64,000 bases of DNA from a virus. Lineage: Duplodnaviria; Caudoviricetes. The notes under the pieces were generated by a model. It ran no database searches, was not told the DNA's origin, and was given only the letters and a program-made list of their open reading frames with translations. The position numbers were made by a program, and so were the translations under genes. The DNA lies in the IMG/VR virus record IMGVR_UViG_3300013121_000004, positions 32,001 through 96,000 of that record; one strand, given 5' to 3'. Within the stretch, counting starts at the first letter, position 1, and each line of letters starts with the position of its first letter. Below, in pieces: positions 1 through 9,737 of this stretch.

Positions 1-322
1 GAGTTAGTGCCTGATTTGTTTTTACAGCTTGCATAAATTTTTTCCCGCACTCCTTATCTTTTTCCGGGCAACAAGCGATAAGTGTTGCATTAACAGCAAT
101 TGGATTAGCGGCCCAGTTGGTGTTCGTTGTGAATAACTTTTTTCCGCACCAAGCGCAGTTCATATGGAGATATGGGATGTACCCGAAGGTGCGAAAATCT
201 ATATTTGTCGTTACTGGCTTTTTTAGGAATACCTCGTTAATCGCCATTCCGCTTGTCTTGTTTTGCTTGATTGAGTGCTTGGTTCTCTTTACTTCCGCGA
301 TATTAGATAGCGTAAGTGTCAA
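1..322 (-). CDS. hypothetical protein, truncated by window edge (CxxC-containing)
   Basis: TTG at 322 overlaps the upstream TGA and follows GGAGG; frame is open to position 1 (MTLTLSNIAEVK...CAWCGKK). Confidence 0.6.
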   Translation of the reverse strand, partial: MTLTLSNIAEVKRTKHSIKQNKTSGMAINEVFLKKPVTTNIDFRTFGYIPYLHMNCAWCGKKLFTTNTNWAANPIAVNATLIACCPEKDKECGKKFMQAVKTNQALT

Positions 323-597
323 AAGATCCTCCAGTTTGCAATCTCTTCTTCCTCTTTTGGTTGTTCTTCTTTTTGTTTACGGTTCGGATTCAGCAGGAAC
401 AGAGCAGTTACCGCGCTGCCTGCCGCGAACAACGCAATGTATGCGATTAGTTCTGAAATCATATATAGAACTCCTGTAATTATCAGAGCTATCGGAATCA
501 AGACTAATAGCACAGCGCATCCTAGTGCTAGAGGTTGTGTAGCTAGACCCCACATAAATGCTATAAACACACCTATTCCGACGTATGTGCTACGCAT
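319..597 (-). CDS. small membrane protein
   Basis: Hydrophobic segments followed by a charged tail; overlaps its neighbours. Confidence 0.65.
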   Translation of the reverse strand: MRSTYVGIGVFIAFMWGLATQPLALGCAVLLVLIPIALIITGVLYMISELIAYIALFAAGSAVTALFLLNPNRKQKEEQPKEEEEIANWRIF

Positions 598-877
598 GTA
601 CTAGTTGTCTATCTCCGGGGTCATCTTCGTCTAGAACGATTACACCCTTTTTATTGTCTCCCTCACCTCCAAACTTCTCGTCTAGTTTTTCCTCTTGTAG
701 GACACGTTCCCACACTGAATAAATGAGATCTTTAATTGTGATTCCCTCGCCCCTTACCTCGCATAGTTCCCCGCAGTATGTCATTTTCAGGTACGATGAG
801 GATTTCTTCCAATGATAAGCTGTGCCACAGTGTACACAATAGTAAATAGCGCCTCTATCTTCTAACACGATATTCAT
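590..877 (-). CDS. zinc-finger-like hypothetical protein
   Basis: CxxC...CxxxC; AAGGAG before the ATG. Confidence 0.65.
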   Translation of the reverse strand: MNIVLEDRGAIYYCVHCGTAYHWKKSSSYLKMTYCGELCEVRGEGITIKDLIYSVWERVLQEEKLDEKFGGEGDNKKGVIVLDEDDPGDRQLVHA

Positions 878-951
878 CGGCTGCTCCTTTAGCCTTTATA
901 ATACTCTCCTTAAACATAACACGATATACTTTTATTACACAAGTGCTAATC

Positions 952-1488
952 CTATTGGATCAGCTTTACTGCCACTTTAGTCTTGCGTTTACGTTTGGTA
1001 TTTTTACGAGTCGGAGGCGGGATATACGCATCCTTCCCCTTAATAATCGCCTTACCTGTTTTCTCCGCCACAGGCGTAGAAGTAGGCGCAGAAGTAGGCG
1101 CAGAAGTAGGTGCAGACGGCGGATACTGGTATGGAGTTTGCTGCTTAGCAGATATAGTCACTGACCGTGGCACTACTTCTGTTGTTGTTACTTTTTCTTT
1201 CAACTTTACATCTACATTACTTTCCTTCGTATCTGTATCTAATACAATATTCTCGTCCTTATACGGTAAATGCGATAGAGGGGCCGCAGTTTCAGAAGCC
1301 TTACGATGTACATGTTGCATATCATGATCACTCGCTTCCACGAAAATTCCTGATGGGTGATGCGTAGATAGGCGACGATATACCTTACGTCCGCAGATTT
1401 GCTTTGCGCCTTCTACTTCTAACACATGTGTGCAAATCGTGTACCAACCTAGTACTGTAGGTACTACTTCTGTATCTAGACTAGTCAT
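952..1488 (-). CDS. hypothetical protein with APTS repeats and basic C-terminus
   Basis: ORF track; in-operon overlap. Confidence 0.65.
   Translation of the reverse strand: MTSLDTEVVPTVLGWYTICTHVLEVEGAKQICGRKVYRRLSTHHPSGIFVEASDHDMQHVHRKASETAAPLSHLPYKDENIVLDTDTKESNVDVKLKEKVTTTEVVPRSVTISAKQQTPYQYPPSAPTSAPTSAPTSTPVAEKTGKAIIKGKDAYIPPPTRKNTKRKRKTKVAVKLIQ
1072..1116. repeat. 12-bp tandem repeat (about 3.5 copies, AGGCGCAGAAGT) encoding APTS
   Basis: Visible directly in the sequence. Confidence 0.85.
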
Positions 1489-1711
1489 CGAACCTGTATG
1501 ACCTCCGGCTTCTGTTTGACTTTCGGTTTCCTTTGTACTGGATATCGCGTTTACCTGTTGCTCTCTCGGCTTCTAGCCTTTCGATTGTGAATAAAGAGCG
1601 ACCAGACACTGACATCTTTCGTTCTTTCTTCCTGTCACGCTCTAGAGCGTGACGGTCTTGGTAAATATCTTCCTCCATTGGAGTCTCCTCTGCGATTAAG
1701 TATCTCTTCAA
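1481..1711 (-). CDS. basic hypothetical protein
   Basis: Overlapping start/stop with neighbours. Confidence 0.55.
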   Translation of the reverse strand: MKRYLIAEETPMEEDIYQDRHALERDRKKERKMSVSGRSLFTIERLEAERATGKRDIQYKGNRKSNRSRRSYRFDD

Positions 1712-2190
1712 CTTACCACAGATTCCTGCTGAAGGCTAGAAATTAGAGCATCTTGCTCAAACTCCTTTAGTTCGTCAGACTCTGTCACAATTCGAATATC
1801 TCTAATTTTAACGTCACCGATACTAATTTCTACGTTATCTGCTACGCGTTTAATGAAAAGCGCCGCTACAGACACGTTGGAGCGTCTGTATCTGCCTGTA
1901 ACGTTGCGCAGGGATGGGCTGAGAACAATCCAACTGCCCCGCAGATGTGTTGGGTATACGCGTACATCATCCTTGAATTTAGCGATTCCGTACGTGTGTT
2001 GAGAAATACCAGCAACAGACTGGATTCTGGGCATTTCTGTCATTGCACGCCCTACATGCACCGCAGCTACTGAGATAATAGAACTAATAGTATTTAAGCT
2101 ATTATAGTGCCCAAATTGGCCTGAACGTGCGGCTTCTTGCCCTGCCTGTTGCAATGATACCAACGCATTTAGGTAATGGGTATTAGGCAT
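1708..2190 (-). CDS. hypothetical protein
   Basis: ORF track; coupled to the GATase gene. Confidence 0.6.
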   Translation of the reverse strand: MPNTHYLNALVSLQQAGQEAARSGQFGHYNSLNTISSIISVAAVHVGRAMTEMPRIQSVAGISQHTYGIAKFKDDVRVYPTHLRGSWIVLSPSLRNVTGRYRRSNVSVAALFIKRVADNVEISIGDVKIRDIRIVTESDELKEFEQDALISSLQQESVVS

Positions 2191-3496
2191 TAACTGTTTC
2201 TTTCTCCTCAGCTACTTCTTTTGTTTCTTCGAATGCGTCGTCTAGCACAGCCATTAGTGTTTCGTACATGCCCGTCTGGAATTTGGTATGGCAACATAGC
2301 TCTAGATTCGCATCGTCAATAACATCTCCACTATATGCTAGGTGAATACAAGGGATGTCTCTATCGAAACACCCTTCACATAACTTGGAAGCCCAAGTGT
2401 CACATTCAGAGTGAATCATACCTACCATATCTTTATATGCCACTAAGATAGATGTGGTGTTTTCCTTTACCGCTTCGTCCTCTAGGAGCATGTAGCAAGA
2501 ATAGCAGATTGTAGTCTCATTCCATCCAGTAGCGGAGATGATGCATTCATCCTCCCCTCCTGTTAAAACATCTTCGTTGCAGTAGAAACATAGACCTTCT
2601 TTACGGTATCTAGCGTACCCTTCTTCTGTGATCTCTTCTAGTTGATTGTCTTGTTTTAGTTTCTCCTCTAGAGTCTTGCCTTCTTTGTTGTAAGAAGAGT
2701 TCTCGAATAGCCACTGCTGTAGTGCGGCGTCATCCGAATCGTCATCGTTCGGTACTGGCTCCCACACTCCCGGAGAGCGGAGACGATACGTAACATTATT
2801 CATAACCATGTAGGAGTCGCTATCCGCGTACTTATACTCTTTGCGACTTTTATTTTTCATCGGCACATACTTACTATTCCTACGATTATCAGTGGACTTA
2901 AACCCGATGCTCGCGCCAGCCGTCGTAGCAGCAGCAGATCCCCAAACTCGGGATGCTGTGAAAGTATTATTCGAGAACCAACGCTCTTCATTCCATGTGC
3001 CCATAGACGAATTGATGATATTGACTTTGCGGTCAGTATCCAAAAACGCCAGCTTAGAGTAACCAATGTAACTGCGGACTAGTTCGCGCATTGCTGTGTG
3101 CGCCTGCCAGCCGACAGGCAATCGCTTTAGAATTTCATCAACGAATACACGAGTGTCTGATCGAGAATCATTTACAGGAATATCGATTTTGATAATACCG
3201 TTGTGTACAACAGCCTCTTGCTCTGTAACTGAGAACGGGTGAACATTGTCGATGCTCTTGACTCCATGCGTTCCGATGCGCCAGTGTAGGACGAATGGAC
3301 TGTCATCCTTGTATTTATCGTGGTCTGGATAGAACATCTCCATAGCAGTGGTAAGTTCCATTGCCTTTTTGATTGTCAGTTTGTTATTCTCGTCTACATA
3401 CATGTAACCAAAGCCGTCCGGGTTGTTGGCCCAGCAGTTCTCGAACTCTTGCTTCGTGATTTTCTGTTCAACATTAAGGACACAAATGATGCAAAT
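2183..3496 (-). CDS. class II (Ntn) glutamine amidotransferase with Cys-rich C-terminal extension; probable ATT start
   Basis: Extending the ORF upstream gives (M)CIIC...NPDGFG...HWRIGTHG...NVHPF...HNGII...SDT, the GATase-II motif series. AGAGGT lies 8 nt before ATT at 3496. Confidence 0.85.
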   Translation of the reverse strand: MCIICVLNVEQKITKQEFENCWANNPDGFGYMYVDENNKLTIKKAMELTTAMEMFYPDHDKYKDDSPFVLHWRIGTHGVKSIDNVHPFSVTEQEAVVHNGIIKIDIPVNDSRSDTRVFVDEILKRLPVGWQAHTAMRELVRSYIGYSKLAFLDTDRKVNIINSSMGTWNEERWFSNNTFTASRVWGSAAATTAGASIGFKSTDNRRNSKYVPMKNKSRKEYKYADSDSYMVMNNVTYRLRSPGVWEPVPNDDDSDDAALQQWLFENSSYNKEGKTLEEKLKQDNQLEEITEEGYARYRKEGLCFYCNEDVLTGGEDECIISATGWNETTICYSCYMLLEDEAVKENTTSILVAYKDMVGMIHSECDTWASKLCEGCFDRDIPCIHLAYSGDVIDDANLELCCHTKFQTGMYETLMAVLDDAFEETKEVAEEKETVNA

Positions 3497-3513
3497 AGTA
3501 GTATACCTCTTTC

Positions 3514-5289
3514 TTAAGATACAATTACAGATGGCAGTACTTCTGAAAGTACAGGATATCTATCAGAATTACTTAGGACGAATTCTTTGTACGTATTGCT
3601 TACCTCGTACCTGACCGCACCGACAGGGTATGGAGTGCCCTGGTTTACATCCCAGATACTGATAGGTATTGTCTTAGAAAAATTCCACATACTGTGTGCG
3701 AACTCTACGCTTTCACGCAAGAACTTCTCATCTGCTTTAGACTTGAAGTATCGCAGTTCTACAGTGTTATTTGGGGATAAGTTAAGTCCGAGATACCGGG
3801 TACTTGCTAGGCGAATAATGCGCCTTCCGTAGGCATAATTCTCGATTTCACTTTGCGACCACGTATCCATACTGTACCTACAGTAGTTATTTGGTTGCCT
3901 GCCAGCCATTCCAACGATAGTAGGCCGCATGTACTTGTGGAACATGATGAAATTGTACATGGTAGACGGGTTGAACGAGGATTTACTTAGATGTAAGTGC
4001 ATACCAGCTGTTCTAGCTGACGTACGAATCCCGTTTAGCTCTGGGTGCTCAGCCTTTCCTCTCCTAGAGAACAAGTGCATTGGGAATTCTTTTTCCCACC
4101 ACCCAAAATCACCGGGATCTGTCACAATCTCTACTCCGTGGAGTAGAGAGCCGTCGTTTTTTACGTACGCGAATGGTACTGATGCCCCATCGTTAAGCAA
4201 ATTTGTGACGTAAGCGGTGAACTCTCTTCGATTGACATCGCGCTTCAGCTCTACCTCAAGCTCCATACCAATGAAAAGGTTGTTTACACTATTTACGTAC
4301 TTTGTTGTCTTCTTTTCCGGTAGTCGGAAGATTGGTGTTGGTTTGTAGCCGTATGGGAAAATTATGCTCTTCTCGTTTTCTCTTCGCTCACATTCACAAC
4401 ACATGTATTCCTTATTAACTGCGTCAACAGCGCACAGGTCTCTGCTGAGGTCATTATATGCGTCTATGATTACATCATAGCAGGCTACACACCTATATTG
4501 CTCATATTGGTCAAGGTATTTTTCTCTACATTCAGTGCATACTGCGTAATACAATCTTTCTCTTATCCATTGAGGCATCGGCACACTATTGACTACTCGT
4601 ATGTATCTAGCTACTGTCTTGCCCCCTTGCTCGTATATAGCCCATTTTGTATTACCGCACTCAACACAGGCTGTGACGTTACAGTTATGATTCATAGGGA
4701 CTACAATTCTGTTTTCATTGATGGTTAAATCGATGTACTCTCCATTCACCATCAAGAACGAGTCTTCACATGCTGTACAGGTGCCCGTGTCTAGTAATTC
4801 TGTACATTCGTTACATATGCCATTATGGATATTAGTGTTATTATCAATTAGTTTACATAATGAACAGACCCCAAACGTGTAATGGAACCCTGCTGCATTA
4901 CTGCCTGACCCTAGGATAGAGACACCAGTCTTTACACCACGCACTTCGTAATGACGCGTTTCTAGAAGTGCAGTGGGTTCGGATATTACAAGAACACGAT
5001 TCGCAAGGCTAGTTGGTTCTACATTTAGATGGGTACCGTAAGGAAGCCTTCCTGTGTTTATGTAGACGCCGTAAGGAAGTCTCCACATAATAGCCGATTG
5101 ATTTGCTGGCTCGCCCCCTGGGGTGTATGCTGCAATCGCTTCTGGGGCGTAAATCATAGTTGGTCTAGCGTTTGTGATTCTAGTTATATTCGTAACAGTA
5201 GTAGTTCTATTAGTTGATGCTTGCTGCGACGTGTTTACTGCATGTGCATTTGTTGTCACTGTTACGCGCACATTAGCTGTACTTGGCAA
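3514..5289 (-). CDS. putative amidoligase (COOH-NH2 ligase, GS/GCS-like fold) with N-terminal CxxC repeats
   Basis: GMELEVE, KNDGSL..GVEIVT, AGMHLHLS, RY..LN, TVELRYFK motifs. Confidence 0.85.
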   Translation of the reverse strand: MPSTANVRVTVTTNAHAVNTSQQASTNRTTTVTNITRITNARPTMIYAPEAIAAYTPGGEPANQSAIMWRLPYGVYINTGRLPYGTHLNVEPTSLANRVLVISEPTALLETRHYEVRGVKTGVSILGSGSNAAGFHYTFGVCSLCKLIDNNTNIHNGICNECTELLDTGTCTACEDSFLMVNGEYIDLTINENRIVVPMNHNCNVTACVECGNTKWAIYEQGGKTVARYIRVVNSVPMPQWIRERLYYAVCTECREKYLDQYEQYRCVACYDVIIDAYNDLSRDLCAVDAVNKEYMCCECERRENEKSIIFPYGYKPTPIFRLPEKKTTKYVNSVNNLFIGMELEVELKRDVNRREFTAYVTNLLNDGASVPFAYVKNDGSLLHGVEIVTDPGDFGWWEKEFPMHLFSRRGKAEHPELNGIRTSARTAGMHLHLSKSSFNPSTMYNFIMFHKYMRPTIVGMAGRQPNNYCRYSMDTWSQSEIENYAYGRRIIRLASTRYLGLNLSPNNTVELRYFKSKADEKFLRESVEFAHSMWNFSKTIPISIWDVNQGTPYPVGAVRYEVSNTYKEFVLSNSDRYPVLSEVLPSVIVS

Positions 5290-5298
5290 TTTTTACTC

Positions 5299-6366
5299 CT
5301 ACGCCGGTACCAGTTTCTTTAGGTTATGATTGGCAGTGCGTTCCAGATTTTCGATTCTCGATAGAGTCTTGTTGTACACTTCCTCTAGAAACGCGTATAG
5401 ATGAGGATATGTTTTGCGATTTCTATATAACCACGCTAGAAATTCCATAGTGTTGCTAATCTTCCACGCTGGCATATCACGAGTATGCGCCCACGCAGCA
5501 TGCGCAAACTCAATGTTCTTCATGATGCGTGAAGGGTTGATGTTGGACTTAAAGTAGCGTAGTTCGATAGTATTATAATTTGTCAAATTAACTGCGCGAT
5601 AACGACTAAAGTTGTGGTGGCCTCCGCCTCTCTTTAGTGTTTTGACAAGGTGCGCTTTGTACGCTGCATCATTTTCAAACTCCCACCAGTGGTTCTCTCC
5701 TCGTTGCGCTACACGGACAATCAGATTTTTGTTTAGATTATGGAACATAACAAACTTCCAAATGTGGAGCGATGTGAATGAGTTACGAGAAATATGTACG
5801 TGCCCACCTGCTGAGGATGTATGGAAACCCTTAAAATACTTCTGCAACTCTGTAGCGTAGGTTGCGAGGCTATCGTAATTCTCGTGCCAATAAGCCAGAG
5901 ATGCTGGATGGCTTACGATTTCTACACCATAATTGAGGCTTGAATCTGGCTTGTACCAGAAAAACCGCCCATAATTATATTGCTCCTTCCAGTTAAGGTG
6001 GTGTGTTGCTAGCAAGCCTTCCATCGTAGAGTGTCCACTGCGTGTCTCTACTTCTAGCTCCGTGCCGATGTAAGGGGTTTTGAAAATGGCTTTATCGTTT
6101 CCCCCTAGAATAACGCGCCTGCCCATAGTTTTGAACTCAGTTAACGATTGATGGAAGTTGATTGCGGGATTCTCGTAACGGATGTTAATGTTCTCGCCAG
6201 TACGAGAATCGTATGTCGATGTCGTCTCATCATCATCGTCATAGTCATCATCGTCATAATTGTCGTCATATCGTTCGTTGTCGTCATATTCTTCATCGTC
6301 ATAATTGTCGTACTGCTCTTCTTCTACTTCTTCCAGCGCAGGTGCTGTTGTGTACGAACTAGGCAT
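5299..6366 (-). CDS. putative amidoligase (COOH-NH2 ligase) with acidic N-terminus
   Basis: GTELEVE, KPDSSL..GVEIVSHP, GGHVHISR, RYRAVN, TIELRYFK motifs. Confidence 0.85.
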   Translation of the reverse strand: MPSSYTTAPALEEVEEEQYDNYDDEEYDDNERYDDNYDDDDYDDDDETTSTYDSRTGENINIRYENPAINFHQSLTEFKTMGRRVILGGNDKAIFKTPYIGTELEVETRSGHSTMEGLLATHHLNWKEQYNYGRFFWYKPDSSLNYGVEIVSHPASLAYWHENYDSLATYATELQKYFKGFHTSSAGGHVHISRNSFTSLHIWKFVMFHNLNKNLIVRVAQRGENHWWEFENDAAYKAHLVKTLKRGGGHHNFSRYRAVNLTNYNTIELRYFKSNINPSRIMKNIEFAHAAWAHTRDMPAWKISNTMEFLAWLYRNRKTYPHLYAFLEEVYNKTLSRIENLERTANHNLKKLVPA

Positions 6367-6721
6367 TGTTAGATACTCCTTCTTCTTCTGCTGATTCTAC
6401 TTGTAGGTTCTTGCTTACTTCTTCCCAGACTAGTAGATCCCTTGCCTCCCGTGCTTTGATAAGAATAGCGCTCCCATCTGCTACTGTAAGTAGAGTCTTC
6501 GGCCCAAATAGCCCGAACTCATTCCACAGCGCATTTCCACATTTACCGCATAGAGGCCAGAATGTTCGTTCTTTTGCTTCTGACGCACTTTGATCAATAG
6601 CTACTCGCCCTGCACGAGAGGAGCATTCCTTACATCGAGCAAAATAACCGTTACCACGAAAGATATCTCGTACTGGAATTTTGTATTCACGGCCTAGTGT
6701 AAATGTAAAAGTATCAGTCAT
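6359..6721 (-). CDS. zinc-finger hypothetical protein
   Basis: Two CxxC pairs. Confidence 0.6.
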   Translation of the reverse strand: MTDTFTFTLGREYKIPVRDIFRGNGYFARCKECSSRAGRVAIDQSASEAKERTFWPLCGKCGNALWNEFGLFGPKTLLTVADGSAILIKAREARDLLVWEEVSKNLQVESAEEEGVSNNA

Positions 6722-7022
6722 AGCTTAGTACCAACCCTGCTTCCTTTGTCATGAAGTCTTTCAACTTTTGTGCTAGTTCTTTGTTGGAAATAGACGCCCC
6801 CGTATTAGCGGGCCGCCAGTAAACACGTTCGAAAATAGGGCACCCATTACGAAGCATATCTAAGTCTATAATTGCTTGTGTGCGGTCTTCGCTGCTCACA
6901 TCATACAATACGCTCGATGCAGTGAAGCGCCCAGTAACCTCCCCTAGCAGAGCTAGGGGATGGGCATCGGGACGTTCTTCTAGAAGGCGAATATACTTCT
7001 TAGCCAGTTCATTAACTTGCAA
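6714..7022 (-). CDS. hypothetical protein
   Basis: GAGGT plus TTG start; overlaps neighbours. Confidence 0.6.
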   Translation of the reverse strand: MQVNELAKKYIRLLEERPDAHPLALLGEVTGRFTASSVLYDVSSEDRTQAIIDLDMLRNGCPIFERVYWRPANTGASISNKELAQKLKDFMTKEAGLVLSYD

Positions 7023-7398
7023 GTGTTACCTCTTCAATTGCGTCGTCTACCTCGGTGTTCTGCTTTTCATTGAACATGAGGCAGCTCTTAATTACCTCTC
7101 CCATGTTTCGTACTGATTTTGTAAGACTATCTTCTGCTTTTACTAACTGGGCTGCTTTACGCATTTCTATGGCATCTACCATATCCAAGTAAGCACAATA
7201 CACATCAACAGTGTAATCGTAAAGACGCATCAGAGTTACCATAGCATTGTGTAACTCTTTACAGTCATCTAGGTTAAGAGCGAGCCAGATTTTTTCATCC
7301 GGGTCATTCTCTTTGTCTAGCTTGGAGATACAGGTGTTTAAGGTTTCATATAACTCTTTAGCGCGACTACTCTTCATAGGCGCTGTGTGTCTACCCAC
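7012..7398 (-). CDS. hypothetical helical protein
   Basis: ORF track; operon packing. Confidence 0.6.
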   Translation of the reverse strand: MGRHTAPMKSSRAKELYETLNTCISKLDKENDPDEKIWLALNLDDCKELHNAMVTLMRLYDYTVDVYCAYLDMVDAIEMRKAAQLVKAEDSLTKSVRNMGEVIKSCLMFNEKQNTEVDDAIEEVTLAS

Positions 7399-7789
7399 CT
7401 ACTACTACTGCCTCCCCGATACGAGGGCTAAGATGGAAATCAAGAGACGGAGAATTGATTGGGCTGGTTACAGTGATGCCTTCAAACATATCTTGTAGGC
7501 TTACCTTTCCCCCTTCTTCTGGAATTAGATTGTATTGAAGATGGCCGACCGCATCTGCGATAGCTACATCACGTCCCCACTTCCTGTTGTAAAGCTGTGT
7601 ATCCGAACACACAGCGATGCCTGTGTAAATACGTCCGTTGTTGGGGTTGTATACGGATACAGCGGTCACACCGCCATGCGGGAGGAGGTTCTTGCCGCTT
7701 CGGTCATACTTGCGACGATGTGCGAACTGTACCTTGAATCCGAATTCTTCGAGACGCTTCCAGTTAGTGTTTACCTTGTTAATAGCCAT
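7391..7789 (-). CDS. phage protein with G-x-A-x-C...G-R-x-x-A motif (N4 gp49/Sf6 gp66-like)
   Basis: TGIAVCSDTQLYNRKWGRDVA; AGGAG RBS. Confidence 0.5.
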   Translation of the reverse strand: MAINKVNTNWKRLEEFGFKVQFAHRRKYDRSGKNLLPHGGVTAVSVYNPNNGRIYTGIAVCSDTQLYNRKWGRDVAIADAVGHLQYNLIPEEGGKVSLQDMFEGITVTSPINSPSLDFHLSPRIGEAVVVGG

Positions 7790-7801
7790 GTTAAGTTTCT
7801 C

Positions 7802-8155
7802 CTACGTGTAATAGATGTTCTTGATTCCGGCGTCAGAAAGTGCTTTAGCACATCTCTGACATGGGCGGGAGAGCCTAGGATGTCCTGCCTTATCTATCCT
7901 AGCTACATAGATGTCTACCCCTTCAGTGTGTTTAGCTTTTCTAAGTGCGTCTATTTCTGCATGAACACTAAGACCGTACGGAGTCTTTACAAAGTCAACC
8001 GAGTACGTACTATTGCGTTGCTTGTTGTAGCCTGCTGCAATAATTTTTCCTCCGTTAACCAGTATGGCTCCGTGCCTTTTATTACACGTTGATTTCAATG
8101 CTTCGTTGAGTGCCATCCGCATGTAGCGGTTGGCTACTGTTACTTGTTGTTCCAT
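7802..8155 (-). CDS. zinc-dependent cytidine/deoxycytidylate deaminase-family protein
   Basis: HGAILV...GYN, HAE and PCxxC motifs. Confidence 0.85.
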   Translation of the reverse strand: MEQQVTVANRYMRMALNEALKSTCNKRHGAILVNGGKIIAAGYNKQRNSTYSVDFVKTPYGLSVHAEIDALRKAKHTEGVDIYVARIDKAGHPRLSRPCQRCAKALSDAGIKNIYYT

Positions 8156-8166
8156 GTGTATTCCTT

Positions 8167-8733
8167 TTAGAAGTCTCCGCTAGCTACTTGCAAGCACGTA
8201 AGCCCTAGCTCTCGCCACATAGTAACTACTCGATCTCTATCGTCAAGTACGAACAGGACATTATATACTGACTCAATCCTGTTCTTGTAGATTTCTTCCT
8301 TGATGATACGGTCGTCTCTATAGTCTTCGCTACTGCGCATGTATAGAGGAAATTCTGATAGCCACCTTCTTGGGTTGCCAATTGACGGGAGCGAATGCAG
8401 CCACTCTAGTGTAGGGGCTCGATGGTCTTCACTTCTTCCGCTAACAAATACAGGAGCTACTCCCATGCTATCGTAGATAGCATGAATGACGGTAAATACA
8501 GGCACATTTACCGCATCCGTGCGCCCACACACGGATGCGTCATATGGGCTACGCATACCGGGTGTTAGAACGTCTTCTCGCTCCTGAATCTCCCAGTACT
8601 TACCACGCTTATTCTTATTGAATAGAGCCAGCGTGCCGTCTAGGTCTACTACGATTGCTGGCCTACGCGTGTCGGCGTTTTGTAGCTTCGCGAGGAACGA
8701 CCAAGACGATTCTACCGGAGAAATGCTTGCCAT
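8167..8733 (-). CDS. HAD-family polynucleotide 3'-phosphatase (T4 PseT/Pnkp phosphatase-domain-like)
   Basis: DLDGTLA, SGR, MR...D.R.D..IK, DDR..VV.MWR..G..CLQVA.GDF. Confidence 0.85.
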   Translation of the reverse strand: MASISPVESSWSFLAKLQNADTRRPAIVVDLDGTLALFNKNKRGKYWEIQEREDVLTPGMRSPYDASVCGRTDAVNVPVFTVIHAIYDSMGVAPVFVSGRSEDHRAPTLEWLHSLPSIGNPRRWLSEFPLYMRSSEDYRDDRIIKEEIYKNRIESVYNVLFVLDDRDRVVTMWRELGLTCLQVASGDF

Positions 8734-9061
8734 TTTTCTACTCCTTCGTAGTCAAGTAATGTAGCTAGAAACGAGCCGAACATATAACATGCCGTAAGAT
8801 ACGCTACTAACAGTAGCTCTTTAGCCAGCGTCACTTAAAACGCCCTCTAAATCTAGCACTATATCTTCGATGACTTCAATTTTTTCTTGCGTGGTTAATA
8901 GTTCTCCTAGCTCTCCGCTAGCGACGCAGTCGATGATCGTTACTGTCATCTCTATCATGCAATCGAAACAAGCCGGGTCTGTGTACGTTTTCTCTTTTGT
9001 AGATGATTGGTACATATATTCGGCGGGGCTTCCGCATGATCTACATACAATATGCAACCAC

Positions 9062-9319
9062 CTACTGCTGTGTGGCATTAAGAATTTTATTTTCATATCG
9101 AATAGCAGACATATAATCGACATCTACGTTCGACCAGTCATTATTGTTCCTGATTGCCATATCGAAGCGGAAACGCCATAGGATATTCGCGAGGATCTGT
9201 ACTGACTGGCTGTCTTTGCCAAGCATCTCGGCAAGCAGAGTGATGACTTTATCTGCTTGGTCTGCAATATCTGTATCATTAAAGATCATAGGGTCAAATC
9301 GAGTATCTTCAGTTTCCAC
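9062..9319 (-). CDS. hypothetical protein
   Basis: GAGGAG plus GTG start. Confidence 0.55.
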   Translation of the reverse strand: METEDTRFDPMIFNDTDIADQADKVITLLAEMLGKDSQSVQILANILWRFRFDMAIRNNNDWSNVDVDYMSAIRYENKILNATQQ

Positions 9320-9737
9320 TACGTGTTCTCCTCTTAGTGATAATCACTGTATCCGGGCCTTGCGAAGTAACCTTCGCTTTGTTCTTACTGCCGGGTGGCC
9401 GTCCTCTTCGTTTGGACTGCGAAGGTGGCGTTTCTACCGGAGTTTTCACTACTTCCGGTGTGTTCTCCACAATTACATCTTCCTCGGCGTTAGCGTCAAA
9501 CTGCGGCCTCTGGTAAGTCTTTTTATCTCTGATGTTTCCATCCCTGCATATGTGATAGTCTGTTGAATATTCGTTCTCAAGTCGCTTATGCGTGCTTTCA
9601 TATGGGCGATAGTTAACCCAATACATCTTGGTGCATAGCTTACCATCGTCGCATACATATACGCATCTGTTATACCAACCGTGTGGCTGTTTCAGGTCAA
9701 AGTTCAACGGTTGTTCTGTGGCTTTACGTTTTACCAT
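9309..9737 (-). CDS. hypothetical protein with AT-hook-like motif
   Basis: KRRGRPPGSKNK. Confidence 0.6.
   Translation of the reverse strand: MVKRKATEQPLNFDLKQPHGWYNRCVYVCDDGKLCTKMYWVNYRPYESTHKRLENEYSTDYHICRDGNIRDKKTYQRPQFDANAEEDVIVENTPEVVKTPVETPPSQSKRRGRPPGSKNKAKVTSQGPDTVIITKRRTRSGN

Noticed and set aside
897-908. TATAATACTCTC, repeated at 897 and 29840
   Set aside because: Only two copies with no consistent -35 or context; could be chance or RBS-related.
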